Source of the DNA: Dehalococcoidia bacterium
Lineage (GTDB): Bacteria; Chloroflexota; Dehalococcoidia; Plut-88900
DNA length: 64,000 nucleotides
NCBI GenBank assembly: GCA_965197585.1
Contig: OZ240215.1
Span: 992,001-1,056,000 of the forward strand
Direction of reading: 5' to 3'
Under the pieces are notes generated by a model. The model searched no databases. It had not been told where the DNA came from and was given only the letters and a program-made list of their open reading frames with translations. This document shows, in pieces, positions 27,402 through 36,936 of this stretch (the stretch's first letter is position 1; each line of letters begins with the position of its first letter). The position numbers were made by a program, and so were the translations under genes.

Positions 27402-27722
27402 ATGATATGGGTTAGCACTGACTTAGTCCAAAGAGAGAAAGGAAATGGACTTAAATTGGGAGGCTTGGATGAGGAAGTAGTATCAAAGCTCAAACGCAGG
27501 GCCGCCCAGAACAACAGATCTCTAGAAATCGAGGCCCGCCACATACTCGAAATGGCGGCAGAGTCTGAAGAAAAGGTTGTTGAGGCCGACATGAAGGAGA
27601 GAATGAGGGCATTCCGAGCCAGGGCCAGAGAACTGCGTAAGCTGACCCGCGGCACGAGTCAGGTACCTTCAGAGGTAATTATCAGGGAGGCCCGGGACTT
27701 TGGATACGGGCCCGCATCGTGA
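27402..27722 (+). CDS. FitA-like ribbon-helix-helix antitoxin, orphan; start uncertain, possibly degraded
   Basis: LDEEVVSKLKRRAAQNNRSLE.EARHIL and SEVIIREAR; the SD-linked ATG at 27445 is out of frame. Confidence 0.65.
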   Translation: MIWVSTDLVQREKGNGLKLGGLDEEVVSKLKRRAAQNNRSLEIEARHILEMAAESEEKVVEADMKERMRAFRARARELRKLTRGTSQVPSEVIIREARDFGYGPAS

Positions 27723-27812
27723 AGACTTAATGGGAAGGCCGTTTTTCTCTGCTAGAATTGATGCTTACAGCCTTGTAAACTAACCCACAGATTATTCAGG
27801 AGACACTCACAC

Positions 27813-28967
27813 ATGCGTTTTGCCGCCGTAAGCACCATGATCGACCCCAAGAAGCGCTACACCCAGGCGCAGCTTTTGGACACGCTGCGTGAGCAGGTGG
27901 TTGTGGCGGAGGATATGGGGTTTGAGGCGTACTGGCTTGGGGAGCACCACTTCGGGCCGCACGGGATGGGGAACGTACCTAACCCGATATTGGTCGGGGC
28001 CGACCTGGCAGCCCGTACAAAGCGGATCAGGATTGGACAGCTGGCGAACATCGCCGTCTGGTGGCACCCGCTAAGACTGGCCGAGGACCTGGCCGTTCTC
28101 GATAACCTTACCAAGGGTCGAATAGAGGTCGGTTTCGGGCGGGGAATCTGGCCTTACGAGGGCCCCCAGTTCCACCCCAACGCCGACCCCCGCAAGGGTG
28201 ACGAGAATCGGGAGCTTTTTAAAGAGGTAATCGACGTCGTCAAGAAGGCCTGGACTGAGGATTTCTTCTCCCACAAGGGCCCGAACTTCCAGTTTCCGGC
28301 GGACGACACTAGCTTCTCTCACCCGAAATTTGCGCCAAACCCCGAATGGCAGGATGGAAACCGGGTCCTCAAGCTCAACGTGACGCCGAAGCCGTACCAG
28401 AAGCCTCACCCGCCTCTCTGGATGACCGTATCGACTGACAGGTCCGTAGCCTTTGCAGCGAAGCTGGGGCTGAAGCCCTGCTACTGGCAGCCGCCGCCAC
28501 TGCGCCTGCGGGAGAGATTCAAGCTGTATGCGGAGATGCGCTCGGAGATTGAGGGTCGGCCGTTCAGGATGGGAGAAAACCAGGCGGTGATGAGGCACAC
28601 CTTCGTGGCCAAGGATGCGGAGGAGGCTCGACGCGTCGCCGGAGAAGGGATCATGTTCAGCTTCACCTACAACGACCCGTTCCGCGGGCTGCAGGTGTTT
28701 ATGAACCCCGGCGAAGAGGTAACCCCGGACATGAAGATGGACTGGGACTTCCTGAGTAGCCGACACTTGCTTGTCGGGAGCCCGGACGAGGTAGCCGAGA
28801 AGATCCACGAGCTCCAGGAGGTCTGCGGGCTGGAATACCTGGTTGTTAACTACGGTCACGGCTGGCTTCCCAAAGAGGATGCAATGCGAAGTCTTGAGAA
28901 CTTTGCGGCCAAGGTGATGCCCCAGTTCCAGAAGACACCTGACCCAGTGCCGGTCGCCGCGTCCTGA
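27813..28967 (+). CDS. LLM-class flavin-dependent oxidoreductase (luciferase-like)
   Basis: WLGEHHF, HPLRLAED, GRIEVGFGRG, PKPYQKPHPP. Confidence 0.92.
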   Translation: MRFAAVSTMIDPKKRYTQAQLLDTLREQVVVAEDMGFEAYWLGEHHFGPHGMGNVPNPILVGADLAARTKRIRIGQLANIAVWWHPLRLAEDLAVLDNLTKGRIEVGFGRGIWPYEGPQFHPNADPRKGDENRELFKEVIDVVKKAWTEDFFSHKGPNFQFPADDTSFSHPKFAPNPEWQDGNRVLKLNVTPKPYQKPHPPLWMTVSTDRSVAFAAKLGLKPCYWQPPPLRLRERFKLYAEMRSEIEGRPFRMGENQAVMRHTFVAKDAEEARRVAGEGIMFSFTYNDPFRGLQVFMNPGEEVTPDMKMDWDFLSSRHLLVGSPDEVAEKIHELQEVCGLEYLVVNYGHGWLPKEDAMRSLENFAAKVMPQFQKTPDPVPVAAS

Positions 28968-28983
28968 AAAGCGAAGAATAACC

Positions 28984-30171
28984 ATGACTTTAAACGGAAT
29001 AGCGTCGGTTTTTCAGAAAACTAGGGCCGAGATCGACATCGGCGCGCTGGCGCACAACTACAATTACCTGAAGAGCCGAATCGAAGAAGGCCTCAAGGTG
29101 ATTGCCGTGGTCAAGGCCGACGCATACGGCCACGGCGCCACAACGGTGGCTAGAGCCTTGGAAGGCATGGGTGTCGACGCCCTTGCTGTCGCCACAATCG
29201 ACGAGGCGGTAGCTCTCAGGAAAGAGGGCATCGGGAGTCCGATCATCGTGTTCGGGGGGGCGCTGCCGGGTGAAGAGGCAGCAGCTCTCCACTACGATTT
29301 ATTGCCTGCAGTCCACAGCATCGAGGCCCTCGGCAGGCTTTCTCAGTCGGCTAAGTCACTGGGCATGGAGGCGGGTTATCACCTGAAGGTTGACACTGGG
29401 ATGGGACGTGTCGGGATCGACTACCGGCACCTTGGTATGTTCCTGGACCATGCGATGGAGCTTCCATCGGTGAAACTGGAAGGCGTGCTCACCCATCTCT
29501 CCTCCGCCGACGAGGATTCCAGCGACTACTCCTCGCTGCAGTTAGAGAGGTTCAGGTCGGGTCTAGAGGAGATCTACTCTCGGAATATCGAGGTCGGGAT
29601 GGTGCATGCGGCAAACAGCGCCGGAGTGCTGTTCCACCCGGAGTCGTGGTTCGACGCTGTCCGTCCCGGGGTCGCCCTGTACGGCATCAATCCCAGCTCC
29701 AACTGGCAGGACCCCGAGCTAAGGCCCGTGCTCTCCTTCAAGAGCAGTGTGTCGCTGATCAAGAATGTTCCTGCGGGGAGCCCATTGAGCTATGGCAGGA
29801 CATTCGTCACGGCAAGGGACAGCGTTATCGCCAGCGTGCCCGTGGGGTACGCCGACGGATTGAGCTTTCTGCTGTCGAACCGGGGGTCGGTGATCGTGCG
29901 GGACACGCTGGCGCCGATAGTCGGGCGGATTACGATGGACACGACGCTAGTAGACGTGACGGACGTGCCGGACGTGAGCTTCGGAGACGAGGTTATGTTG
30001 ATCGGGGAAGGAAACTCAGTTTCCATGACCGCGGAGGGAATCGCCGAGACAATAGGGACGATACCCTACGAAGTGCTGTGTAACATAAGCAAGCGGGTGC
30101 CGAGGGTGACGGTGGGGTCGGCGCTTCCAATGCACGACAAGAGCGGGGAAGCGTTGACGATCTCCGGATAG
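28984..30171 (+). CDS. alr: Alanine racemase
   Basis: AVVKADAYGHG (PLP Lys), HLKVDTGMGR, HAANSA, VRPG, SYG (catalytic Tyr), GYADG, GRITMD, TIPYE. Confidence 0.93.
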   Translation: MTLNGIASVFQKTRAEIDIGALAHNYNYLKSRIEEGLKVIAVVKADAYGHGATTVARALEGMGVDALAVATIDEAVALRKEGIGSPIIVFGGALPGEEAAALHYDLLPAVHSIEALGRLSQSAKSLGMEAGYHLKVDTGMGRVGIDYRHLGMFLDHAMELPSVKLEGVLTHLSSADEDSSDYSSLQLERFRSGLEEIYSRNIEVGMVHAANSAGVLFHPESWFDAVRPGVALYGINPSSNWQDPELRPVLSFKSSVSLIKNVPAGSPLSYGRTFVTARDSVIASVPVGYADGLSFLLSNRGSVIVRDTLAPIVGRITMDTTLVDVTDVPDVSFGDEVMLIGEGNSVSMTAEGIAETIGTIPYEVLCNISKRVPRVTVGSALPMHDKSGEALTISG

Positions 30172-30189
30172 CGGGAAGGAGACAGGAAC

Positions 30190-31347
30190 ATGAGGTTTGC
30201 GGCATTTACTACCGTAGCGGACGCAGCAGGTGAAGCCACAACTGCAGCGGACTTGCTGGACAATCTGAGGGAACAGACCATATTGGCGGAACAGATGGGG
30301 TTCGAGGCAATGTGGCTGGGCGAGCACCACTTCGGACCCTACGAAACTGGCGACATTCCCAACCCCATCCTGCTCGGTGCGGACCTGGCGGCACGGACGT
30401 CGAAGATTCGAATCGGGCAGATGGCGAACATCGCCCCCTGGTGGCACCCGATACGCCTCGCCGAGGATGTAGCGATCCTGGACAACCTGACGCGTGGCAG
30501 GGTGGATGTGGGGTTTGGTCGGGGGATATGGCCGTATGAGGGCCCTCAGTTCCACCCGAACGCCGACCCCAGGAAGGACAAGGAGAACCGCACGCTGTTC
30601 TGGGAGATCATTGAAATCGCCAAGGAGATATGGACAAACGAGTACTTCTCCTACGAGGGTGAGAACTTCACTTTCCCGGCGGCGGAGACTCAGTTCAAGC
30701 ATCCCCTTTACCCGCCTAACGACGTGTGGCTGGATGGGGACAAGGTCACGAAACTCCGGGTTACCCCCAGGCCCTACCAGAAGCCGCACCCACCCCTTTG
30801 GATGACCGTATCCACTGACAGATCTGTGACCACCGCGGCGGAACTGGGTTTGAAGGCCTGCTACTGGCAGCCGCCTGCACTCAGAATCAAGCAGCGCATG
30901 GAGCGATATGCAGAAGTAAGATCGGAGAAGGAAGGACGACAATTCACCTTTGGTGAGCATCAGGCGGTGATGCGCACTACCTACGTGTCGACATCCATGG
31001 AGCAGGCTCGACGCGAGGGAGAAGCCGGAGTGATGTCCGGATTCATCTACAACGACCCCTTCCGCGGACGTGAAGTGTTCGCGAATCCCGAAGAGGAACT
31101 GGAACCCGGCACCAAGATGGACTGGGACTTCCTCGAGCCCCGATCCTTGCTGGTAGGCTCACCGGACGATGTCATAGAGAAACTGCACGAGTTACAGGAA
31201 GTGTGCAAACTGGACTATCTCCTCGTCTCCTATTCCCACTTCGGCATTCCGACTAACAAGGTGCTCAAGAGCCTGGAGCTCTTTGCCACAAAAGTAATGC
31301 CGTGGTTCTCCAAGAAGGAAGCCGAGACCCCGGTGGCCGCATCCTGA
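30190..31347 (+). CDS. LLM-class flavin-dependent oxidoreductase, close paralog of 27813-28967
   Basis: Shared peptides GIWPYEGPQFHPNADPRK, WMTVSTDRSV, YNDPFRG, C-terminal PVAAS. Confidence 0.92.
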   Translation: MRFAAFTTVADAAGEATTAADLLDNLREQTILAEQMGFEAMWLGEHHFGPYETGDIPNPILLGADLAARTSKIRIGQMANIAPWWHPIRLAEDVAILDNLTRGRVDVGFGRGIWPYEGPQFHPNADPRKDKENRTLFWEIIEIAKEIWTNEYFSYEGENFTFPAAETQFKHPLYPPNDVWLDGDKVTKLRVTPRPYQKPHPPLWMTVSTDRSVTTAAELGLKACYWQPPALRIKQRMERYAEVRSEKEGRQFTFGEHQAVMRTTYVSTSMEQARREGEAGVMSGFIYNDPFRGREVFANPEEELEPGTKMDWDFLEPRSLLVGSPDDVIEKLHELQEVCKLDYLLVSYSHFGIPTNKVLKSLELFATKVMPWFSKKEAETPVAAS

Positions 31348-31378
31348 CCGTCGGGACTGAAGTCCCGGGAGCCTGAAA

Positions 31379-32227
31379 ATGACATCACAACGCCAACTGA
31401 TAGACTGGCACACCCATACGTGGAAGCCGGAGCACATGACGGCCCAGGCCCGCTCCGACATGAAGGTCCACGGCGTCATAGGTGGGGAAGCTACGCCGGA
31501 AGACCACAAGAAGTCGGTGGTGGATGGAGGGGCGGAGAAGTTCGTCGTGATCAACGCGCCTGTTCGCGCCTACAAGAAGATACCCAACGACTTCATCGCA
31601 GACTACGTGGCGCAGTACCCGGGCCGAGCCGTAGGGTTCGCCTCCGTCGACCCCAATGACCCCACTGCCGCGGAGGAGTTTGAGCGCAGCGTCACCGACC
31701 TTGGATTGCAAGGACTGAAGGTATCGCCGGTGTACCAGGGCTTCGATCCCTGGAGCCCTGAGGCGTGGGAGCTTTACTACCTGGCCAACAAGTACGACGT
31801 TCCGTTGATGTTCCACATGGGCGGCATGTACGACCCCAACGGGACCCTGGAATGGGGCCATGTCTTGAGGCTGGACAAGGTCGGGAGAGCGTTTCCGGAC
31901 CTGCGAATAATCGTTGCCCACTTCGGGCAGCCGAATATGCAGGAAACCGCAATGCTGATGCGGAAAAATAAGAACGTTTTCACTGACCTGTCGGCGAGGT
32001 TCCACAGGAAGTGGCAGCTGTACAACGGGCTGCTGGTGGCAATCGAATACAAAGTCACCGAGCGCATCCTCTTCGGCTCCGACTTTCCCGTGATGACCAC
32101 CATGGACGCGGTCAACGCCTTCAAGAACATCAACGACTGGGGCGAAGGCATAAACCTGCCCAAGATCCCTCCCGACCTGATCGATGAGATCATCTACAAC
32201 CGCCCCTTCGACCTGCTGCGATTCTAA
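31379..32227 (+). CDS. Amidohydrolase_2 family metal-dependent hydrolase
   Basis: IDWHTH, MFHMG, IVAHFG, LFGSDFP. Confidence 0.88.
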   Translation: MTSQRQLIDWHTHTWKPEHMTAQARSDMKVHGVIGGEATPEDHKKSVVDGGAEKFVVINAPVRAYKKIPNDFIADYVAQYPGRAVGFASVDPNDPTAAEEFERSVTDLGLQGLKVSPVYQGFDPWSPEAWELYYLANKYDVPLMFHMGGMYDPNGTLEWGHVLRLDKVGRAFPDLRIIVAHFGQPNMQETAMLMRKNKNVFTDLSARFHRKWQLYNGLLVAIEYKVTERILFGSDFPVMTTMDAVNAFKNINDWGEGINLPKIPPDLIDEIIYNRPFDLLRF

Positions 32228-32239
32228 AGGAGACACCGG

Positions 32240-33409
32240 ATGACGAGTGGTAACCTGGAAGCGAAAGACTGGGCCTTTTCCGAAAGCGAGTACCGGGGCC
32301 GCGTGGCCGGGGCCAAGGAAGCCCTTAAAGAAGCGGGCCTGGACTGCGCGGTGTGCGTCGGGCCGGAGCTTATCAACTACTACGCAGGCTACGACGCCCA
32401 TACCTTCTTCCAGTTCCAGGGCCTGGTCTTCGGGCCTGGGGACGACGAGCCTACTTTCGTAATGCGGGACGTGGACATCGGGCGGGCGGAGGTCACGTCG
32501 TGGGTATCGGATGTGCGGCTGTATCGGCACGGGGCTGAGGACCCGGTGGAAATGGTGGCCAAGGCGGTCAAAGAGCGCCTGGGCAGTGGCACGAGGGTCG
32601 GGGCGGACCTGCAGGCCTACGCCTTCACGGGGATCCACGCCCTTCGCCTTAAGGACGCGCTCGGTTCTGCCAGCTTGGAAAACTTTTCCAACGGGCTCGA
32701 TGGTGTGCGGCTTTCCAAGTCCGACGAGGAGATGAACTACGTCCGAAAGGCGGCGGCAATCGCGACGGCAGGGCTCGAGCGGGCCAACGCCACAGCGCGC
32801 CCAGGCATCACCGAGATAGACCTCGCAGCGGAGATAGAATCAGCCATGCGCCAGGCCGGCAGCGAGTATCCGGGCATGCCGACGTGGATATCCTCCGGTG
32901 CGAGGAGGATTGGGCACAAGACGGCGGACAGGAGAGTTATTGAGTCCGGGGATCTGATTTCGATGGAGTTTCCCGGCGTTTACCGCCGATATCACGCTGC
33001 CACGATGCAAACGATTTCTGTGGGAGAGCCGACGCCTGGGTGCCGAGAGGCCTACGGGATCGCGTTGAGGGCCTTGCGGGCCGGGAGCAAGGAGATCGCC
33101 ATTGCGAGACGGGTGTCGGATGCAGAGCAGGGTGCGGTCGACTCGCTTATCGCAGACGGGTTCGATGCCACGGTCAGGGCGAGGTTCGGGTACGGCGTAG
33201 GAATCGCATACCCGCCGACATGGCTAGAGACTCTCGACATAACGCTGGAGTCGGACCAGGTGTTTGAGCGCAACATGACCTTCGTCCTGCACACGAGCTC
33301 AAGCGACCCGGACACGGGTCAGCAGGTCCTGGTCGGCGGGGCGTACGCCGTCACGGACAATGGACTCGAAGTCCTTAGCGGGGGAGACTTGGAGCTAAAG
33401 GCCGTTTAA
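32240..33409 (+). CDS. M24/creatinase-fold hydrolase
   Basis: NYYAGY, RLSKSDEE, FGYGVGIAYPPTW. Confidence 0.85.
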   Translation: MTSGNLEAKDWAFSESEYRGRVAGAKEALKEAGLDCAVCVGPELINYYAGYDAHTFFQFQGLVFGPGDDEPTFVMRDVDIGRAEVTSWVSDVRLYRHGAEDPVEMVAKAVKERLGSGTRVGADLQAYAFTGIHALRLKDALGSASLENFSNGLDGVRLSKSDEEMNYVRKAAAIATAGLERANATARPGITEIDLAAEIESAMRQAGSEYPGMPTWISSGARRIGHKTADRRVIESGDLISMEFPGVYRRYHAATMQTISVGEPTPGCREAYGIALRALRAGSKEIAIARRVSDAEQGAVDSLIADGFDATVRARFGYGVGIAYPPTWLETLDITLESDQVFERNMTFVLHTSSSDPDTGQQVLVGGAYAVTDNGLEVLSGGDLELKAV

Positions 33410-33501
33410 GGCCTTGTATCCAGCGGGGCTAATCCCCGCGCCCCTCTACCGTAGGTTCCTCTGCTTAAGCGGGAATTGCGGGAGAGAAAAGGAGCGGGAG
33501 G

Positions 33502-33873
33502 CTAGTTTTCCCACCGGTTGATTCCCGTGGAATCGGCAATTACCTGCCTGGCGGAGGTCAGCTTGGCCTCATCCGCACTGACGTCTGTCAGCCGATAGAC
33601 GAACAATGGCTTGCCGGGCATTCGGCATTGCATCTCGATGCATCTGTGGGCTTCTGTGCCAAACGCGGACATCCGGAATACAATGTGCTCGAAGAGATGG
33701 CTTCTCTTGGAACCCATGATGAAGAATTTCTTGTCGGCGATGGTTACGGTCTCACGGGCGCGGTCAAAGACATATTCGCGCCGGGACAATATGCCGTGAG
33801 GAGGTGTAACGGTGAGCTTGTCACCACTGGCGACGATAGTGCCGAAGGCCTCCTGAATGTGAGCATCAGCCAT
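33502..33873 (-). CDS. Hypothetical protein
   Basis: 123-aa ORF filling the intergenic space; promoter-like TTGCCC-17-TAAAAT upstream. Confidence 0.55.
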   Translation of the reverse strand: MADAHIQEAFGTIVASGDKLTVTPPHGILSRREYVFDRARETVTIADKKFFIMGSKRSHLFEHIVFRMSAFGTEAHRCIEMQCRMPGKPLFVYRLTDVSADEAKLTSARQVIADSTGINRWEN

Positions 33874-34004
33874 GTTGTGTTTGCCTTTCGCGAAAAAAAT
33901 GGTGTAGTCGGTGCGCGGGGATTTTATAGTAAGCAGGGGCGGTGGGCAAGGGTGGGGTAGAATAACTGCGCTGAAGCGACTTAAGGCAGGAAAAGAAGTA
34001 ATCG

Positions 34005-34484
34005 ATGAGCAACTCGGAACCCGGTGGCGTTGAGAAAGTTAGGGAGGCCCTTGTGGGGTTGGGGTATGGGTACTGCCCCATTGTACTTCCTAAGTCGGCG
34101 CGGACGTCTGTAGAGGCGGCAGAGGCCCTTGGCTGCGATGTTGCGCAGATCGCCAAGTCCCTGGTGTTTCGTGGCCGGGACTCGGGGCGGGGGGTCTTGG
34201 TGGTTGCGAGCGGGGCGAACCGGGTGGACGAAAAGAGGCTGGGTCGGACAATCGGGGAGAAGGTTGGGAAGCCGGACGCCGATTTCGTGAGGGAAGTTAC
34301 CGGGTTTACTATAGGCGGGGTGCCGCCCGTGGGACATACTAGCCCACTGGAAACGCTTATCGACGAGGACCTGCTCCAATACGAAGTGGTCTGGGCTGCC
34401 GCGGGCAATCCGAAGGCCGTGTTTTCGCTCGACCCGAAAGACCTGGAGTCAATGACCGGAGGTCGGGTGACCCAGATAAAGTAG
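34005..34484 (+). CDS. YbaK/EbsC family aminoacyl-tRNA editing protein
   Basis: AAEALGC..AQIAKSLVF, TGFTIGGVPPVGH, WAAAG. Confidence 0.9.
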   Translation: MSNSEPGGVEKVREALVGLGYGYCPIVLPKSARTSVEAAEALGCDVAQIAKSLVFRGRDSGRGVLVVASGANRVDEKRLGRTIGEKVGKPDADFVREVTGFTIGGVPPVGHTSPLETLIDEDLLQYEVVWAAAGNPKAVFSLDPKDLESMTGGRVTQIK

Positions 34485-34530
34485 GGACACGGGCTTCCGG
34501 GCCTTGCCACATGCAGCAGGGAGGCAACGT

Positions 34531-35511
34531 TTGAAAAGGCTAAAGGTCTTAGCGACCGGCGGCACAATAGCATACAGATGGGACGAGGCCAGTGGCGGAG
34601 CGATTCCCGCGGTGACCGGCGCCGACCTCATCGAGGCCGTGCCTCAACTTGCCGCATTAGCCCGGATAGACGTGCTTGAGGTGTCCAACGTAGCCAGCCA
34701 AGTCCTCGGGCCATCGGACTTTCTGGCCTTTGCCAAGGGATGTGAGAGAATCGCTGCCGCCGACGAAGCGGACGGGATAGTCGTAACCATGGGTACAGCG
34801 ACCTTGGCGGAGTGTGCGTACACGCTGCACCTGCTCCTGAAGCTGGAGATCCCGGTGGTCGTAACAGGCGCCATGCGGACCCATTCCCACCCCAGCCCCG
34901 ACGGGCCGGGTAACCTGCTCGATTCAGGGATAGCGGCGATTTCCGACGAGACTCGGGGGTGGGGGGTGTTGGTCTGCGCCAACGGGGAGATCCACGACCC
35001 ACGAGAAGTGGTGAAGAGCAATTCTACAGACTTGGCAACGTTCAAATCGCCGGAGTTCGGGCCGGTGGGAATGGTCAGGAATGGCATGGCAGTCCTCTTC
35101 CGGAGGCCAACCATACGGGAACACATCCCGGTGGAGGCTATTAACGCCAGGGTGTCGATAGTCCCTGCGATAGAGGGCGATGACGGCAAATTGGTGGATG
35201 CGGCAGCCGAGTTCTCGGACGGCATGGTTATCGTGGGATTTGCGCCTGGCTGCGTGCCTCCGGGGATGACCCCGGCTATAGAGCGTGCGGCGGCAAGGGG
35301 CAGGGCTATGGTCCTGGTCACCCGTTCTTACGGCGGGTCCCTCGGCACTGGGGTATACGCGAGGAGCCTTGGAGGTATAGAGCACCTGATGGAGATGGGC
35401 GTCCTGCCGGGCGGAAGTCTTCGTGCTTCGAAAGCGCAGATCAAGCTGACGCTGGCCCTCAGCGCCACCCGAGACCCCGCACGTATTAAAAATCTGTTCC
35501 CTAACATATAG
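34531..35511 (+). CDS. Asparaginase/glutaminase-family amidohydrolase with a variant active site
   Basis: ATGGTIA, MGTAT, VVTGAMR, DGPGNL, KSNS; GGAGG SD before TTG. Confidence 0.85.
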   Translation: MKRLKVLATGGTIAYRWDEASGGAIPAVTGADLIEAVPQLAALARIDVLEVSNVASQVLGPSDFLAFAKGCERIAAADEADGIVVTMGTATLAECAYTLHLLLKLEIPVVVTGAMRTHSHPSPDGPGNLLDSGIAAISDETRGWGVLVCANGEIHDPREVVKSNSTDLATFKSPEFGPVGMVRNGMAVLFRRPTIREHIPVEAINARVSIVPAIEGDDGKLVDAAAEFSDGMVIVGFAPGCVPPGMTPAIERAAARGRAMVLVTRSYGGSLGTGVYARSLGGIEHLMEMGVLPGGSLRASKAQIKLTLALSATRDPARIKNLFPNI

Positions 35512-35535
35512 AGGCCTGAAATTCGGACACAGGAG

Positions 35536-36936
35536 ATGAGCATGGACCTGGTAATCAGAAGCGGGAACGTAATCACGGCTGAATCCAACTACACTGCGGA
35601 CATCGGGGTGCGGGGTGGGGTGATTGCACAGATCGGCGGGACGATGGACGCGCCAAGGGAGATCGACGCATCAGGTAAGCTTGTGATACCGGGAGGAGTG
35701 GACGTGCACGTCCACTTCGAGCCGGACGAGGGCCTGGGCCCCGATTGGGGAGGGATGGTGGACGGGTACTACTCGGGGTCCGCGGGTGCGGCTATCGGGG
35801 GCATCACCACCTTTGGAAACATGGTCGCGCCTCTGGGTGACGAAGGGGAGGGGGATGGAGGGGAGGGGTTGATGGAGATGCTGGAGCGCGCGGAAAAGTG
35901 CGCTCTAACCAACTCGGTGCTGGATTTCACCCTGCACCCGATCATCTATCACCCCACCCCCGACATCATTGCCGAGATGCCCAGGATGGCCGAGGCCGGC
36001 TACTACAGCATCAAGATATTCACCCTGTTCCAGTTCGACAGGAGGATCAAGCACTTCATAAACGCTATCGACGCTGCCCGACAGCACGGTATGATCACGA
36101 TGATGCACTGCGAAGACCAACCCATCAACGGCTATTTGGCCAGAAGGCTGATCGGCGAGGGTAAGTCCGGCATTCAATACTACAACGACAGCAGGCCCGA
36201 CTACGCAGAGGCCATAGCCACGGCCAGGGCCGTCGCCATTGGTCGGGCCACGGAGGCGAGCATCTACGTGGTGCATCTATCGTCGAAGGCAGCGCTGGAA
36301 GTCACCCGACGTAATCCCGTTGAGGGACAACGCGTGTACGTCGAGACCCGGCCCCTCTACCTCCACCTGGACGTCCGAAATTACGACGAGCCAAATGCGG
36401 AGAAGTATACGGGGTGGCCACCCTTGAGAGACCCGGAAGACGTCGAGGCCCTGTGGCACGGGGTAAATGCGGGGAACATCCACACGGTCTGCAGCGATCA
36501 TGCTCCTTGGAACTGGGACCAGAAGCTCAACCCCAAGCTGAACGTCAGCAATTTCCTTCCGGGAATGGCGAACCTGGAGACCATGCTGCCCATGCTCTAC
36601 GACGACGGCGTACGTACGGGTCGGATAACGGCTAACAAGTGGGTGGACCTGGTCGCTACCACCCCGGCCAAACTTTTCGGGATGTTCCCGCAGAAGGGAA
36701 CGATAGCCGTGGGATCGGATGCCGACATCGCGGTATGGGACCCGAATCGGAAGCGGACGATCAGGGGCGAGGAGATGGCGTCCAACGCGGGCTTCGATAT
36801 CTACGAAGGAAAAGTGGTCCGGGGCTGGCCCGAATACACGATCTCCCGCGGCGAAATCATCGTGGATAAGGGAGAACTGGTCGGGAGCCGGGGCCGAGGG
36901 CTGAGGGTGAAGCGTGGGCCGCACCAGCCGCTATGA
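35536..36936 (+). CDS. Dihydropyrimidinase/hydantoinase-family cyclic amidohydrolase
   Basis: PGGVDVHVH, SIKIF, HCED, VHLSS, SDHAP, GSDADI. Confidence 0.9.
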   Translation: MSMDLVIRSGNVITAESNYTADIGVRGGVIAQIGGTMDAPREIDASGKLVIPGGVDVHVHFEPDEGLGPDWGGMVDGYYSGSAGAAIGGITTFGNMVAPLGDEGEGDGGEGLMEMLERAEKCALTNSVLDFTLHPIIYHPTPDIIAEMPRMAEAGYYSIKIFTLFQFDRRIKHFINAIDAARQHGMITMMHCEDQPINGYLARRLIGEGKSGIQYYNDSRPDYAEAIATARAVAIGRATEASIYVVHLSSKAALEVTRRNPVEGQRVYVETRPLYLHLDVRNYDEPNAEKYTGWPPLRDPEDVEALWHGVNAGNIHTVCSDHAPWNWDQKLNPKLNVSNFLPGMANLETMLPMLYDDGVRTGRITANKWVDLVATTPAKLFGMFPQKGTIAVGSDADIAVWDPNRKRTIRGEEMASNAGFDIYEGKVVRGWPEYTISRGEIIVDKGELVGSRGRGLRVKRGPHQPL

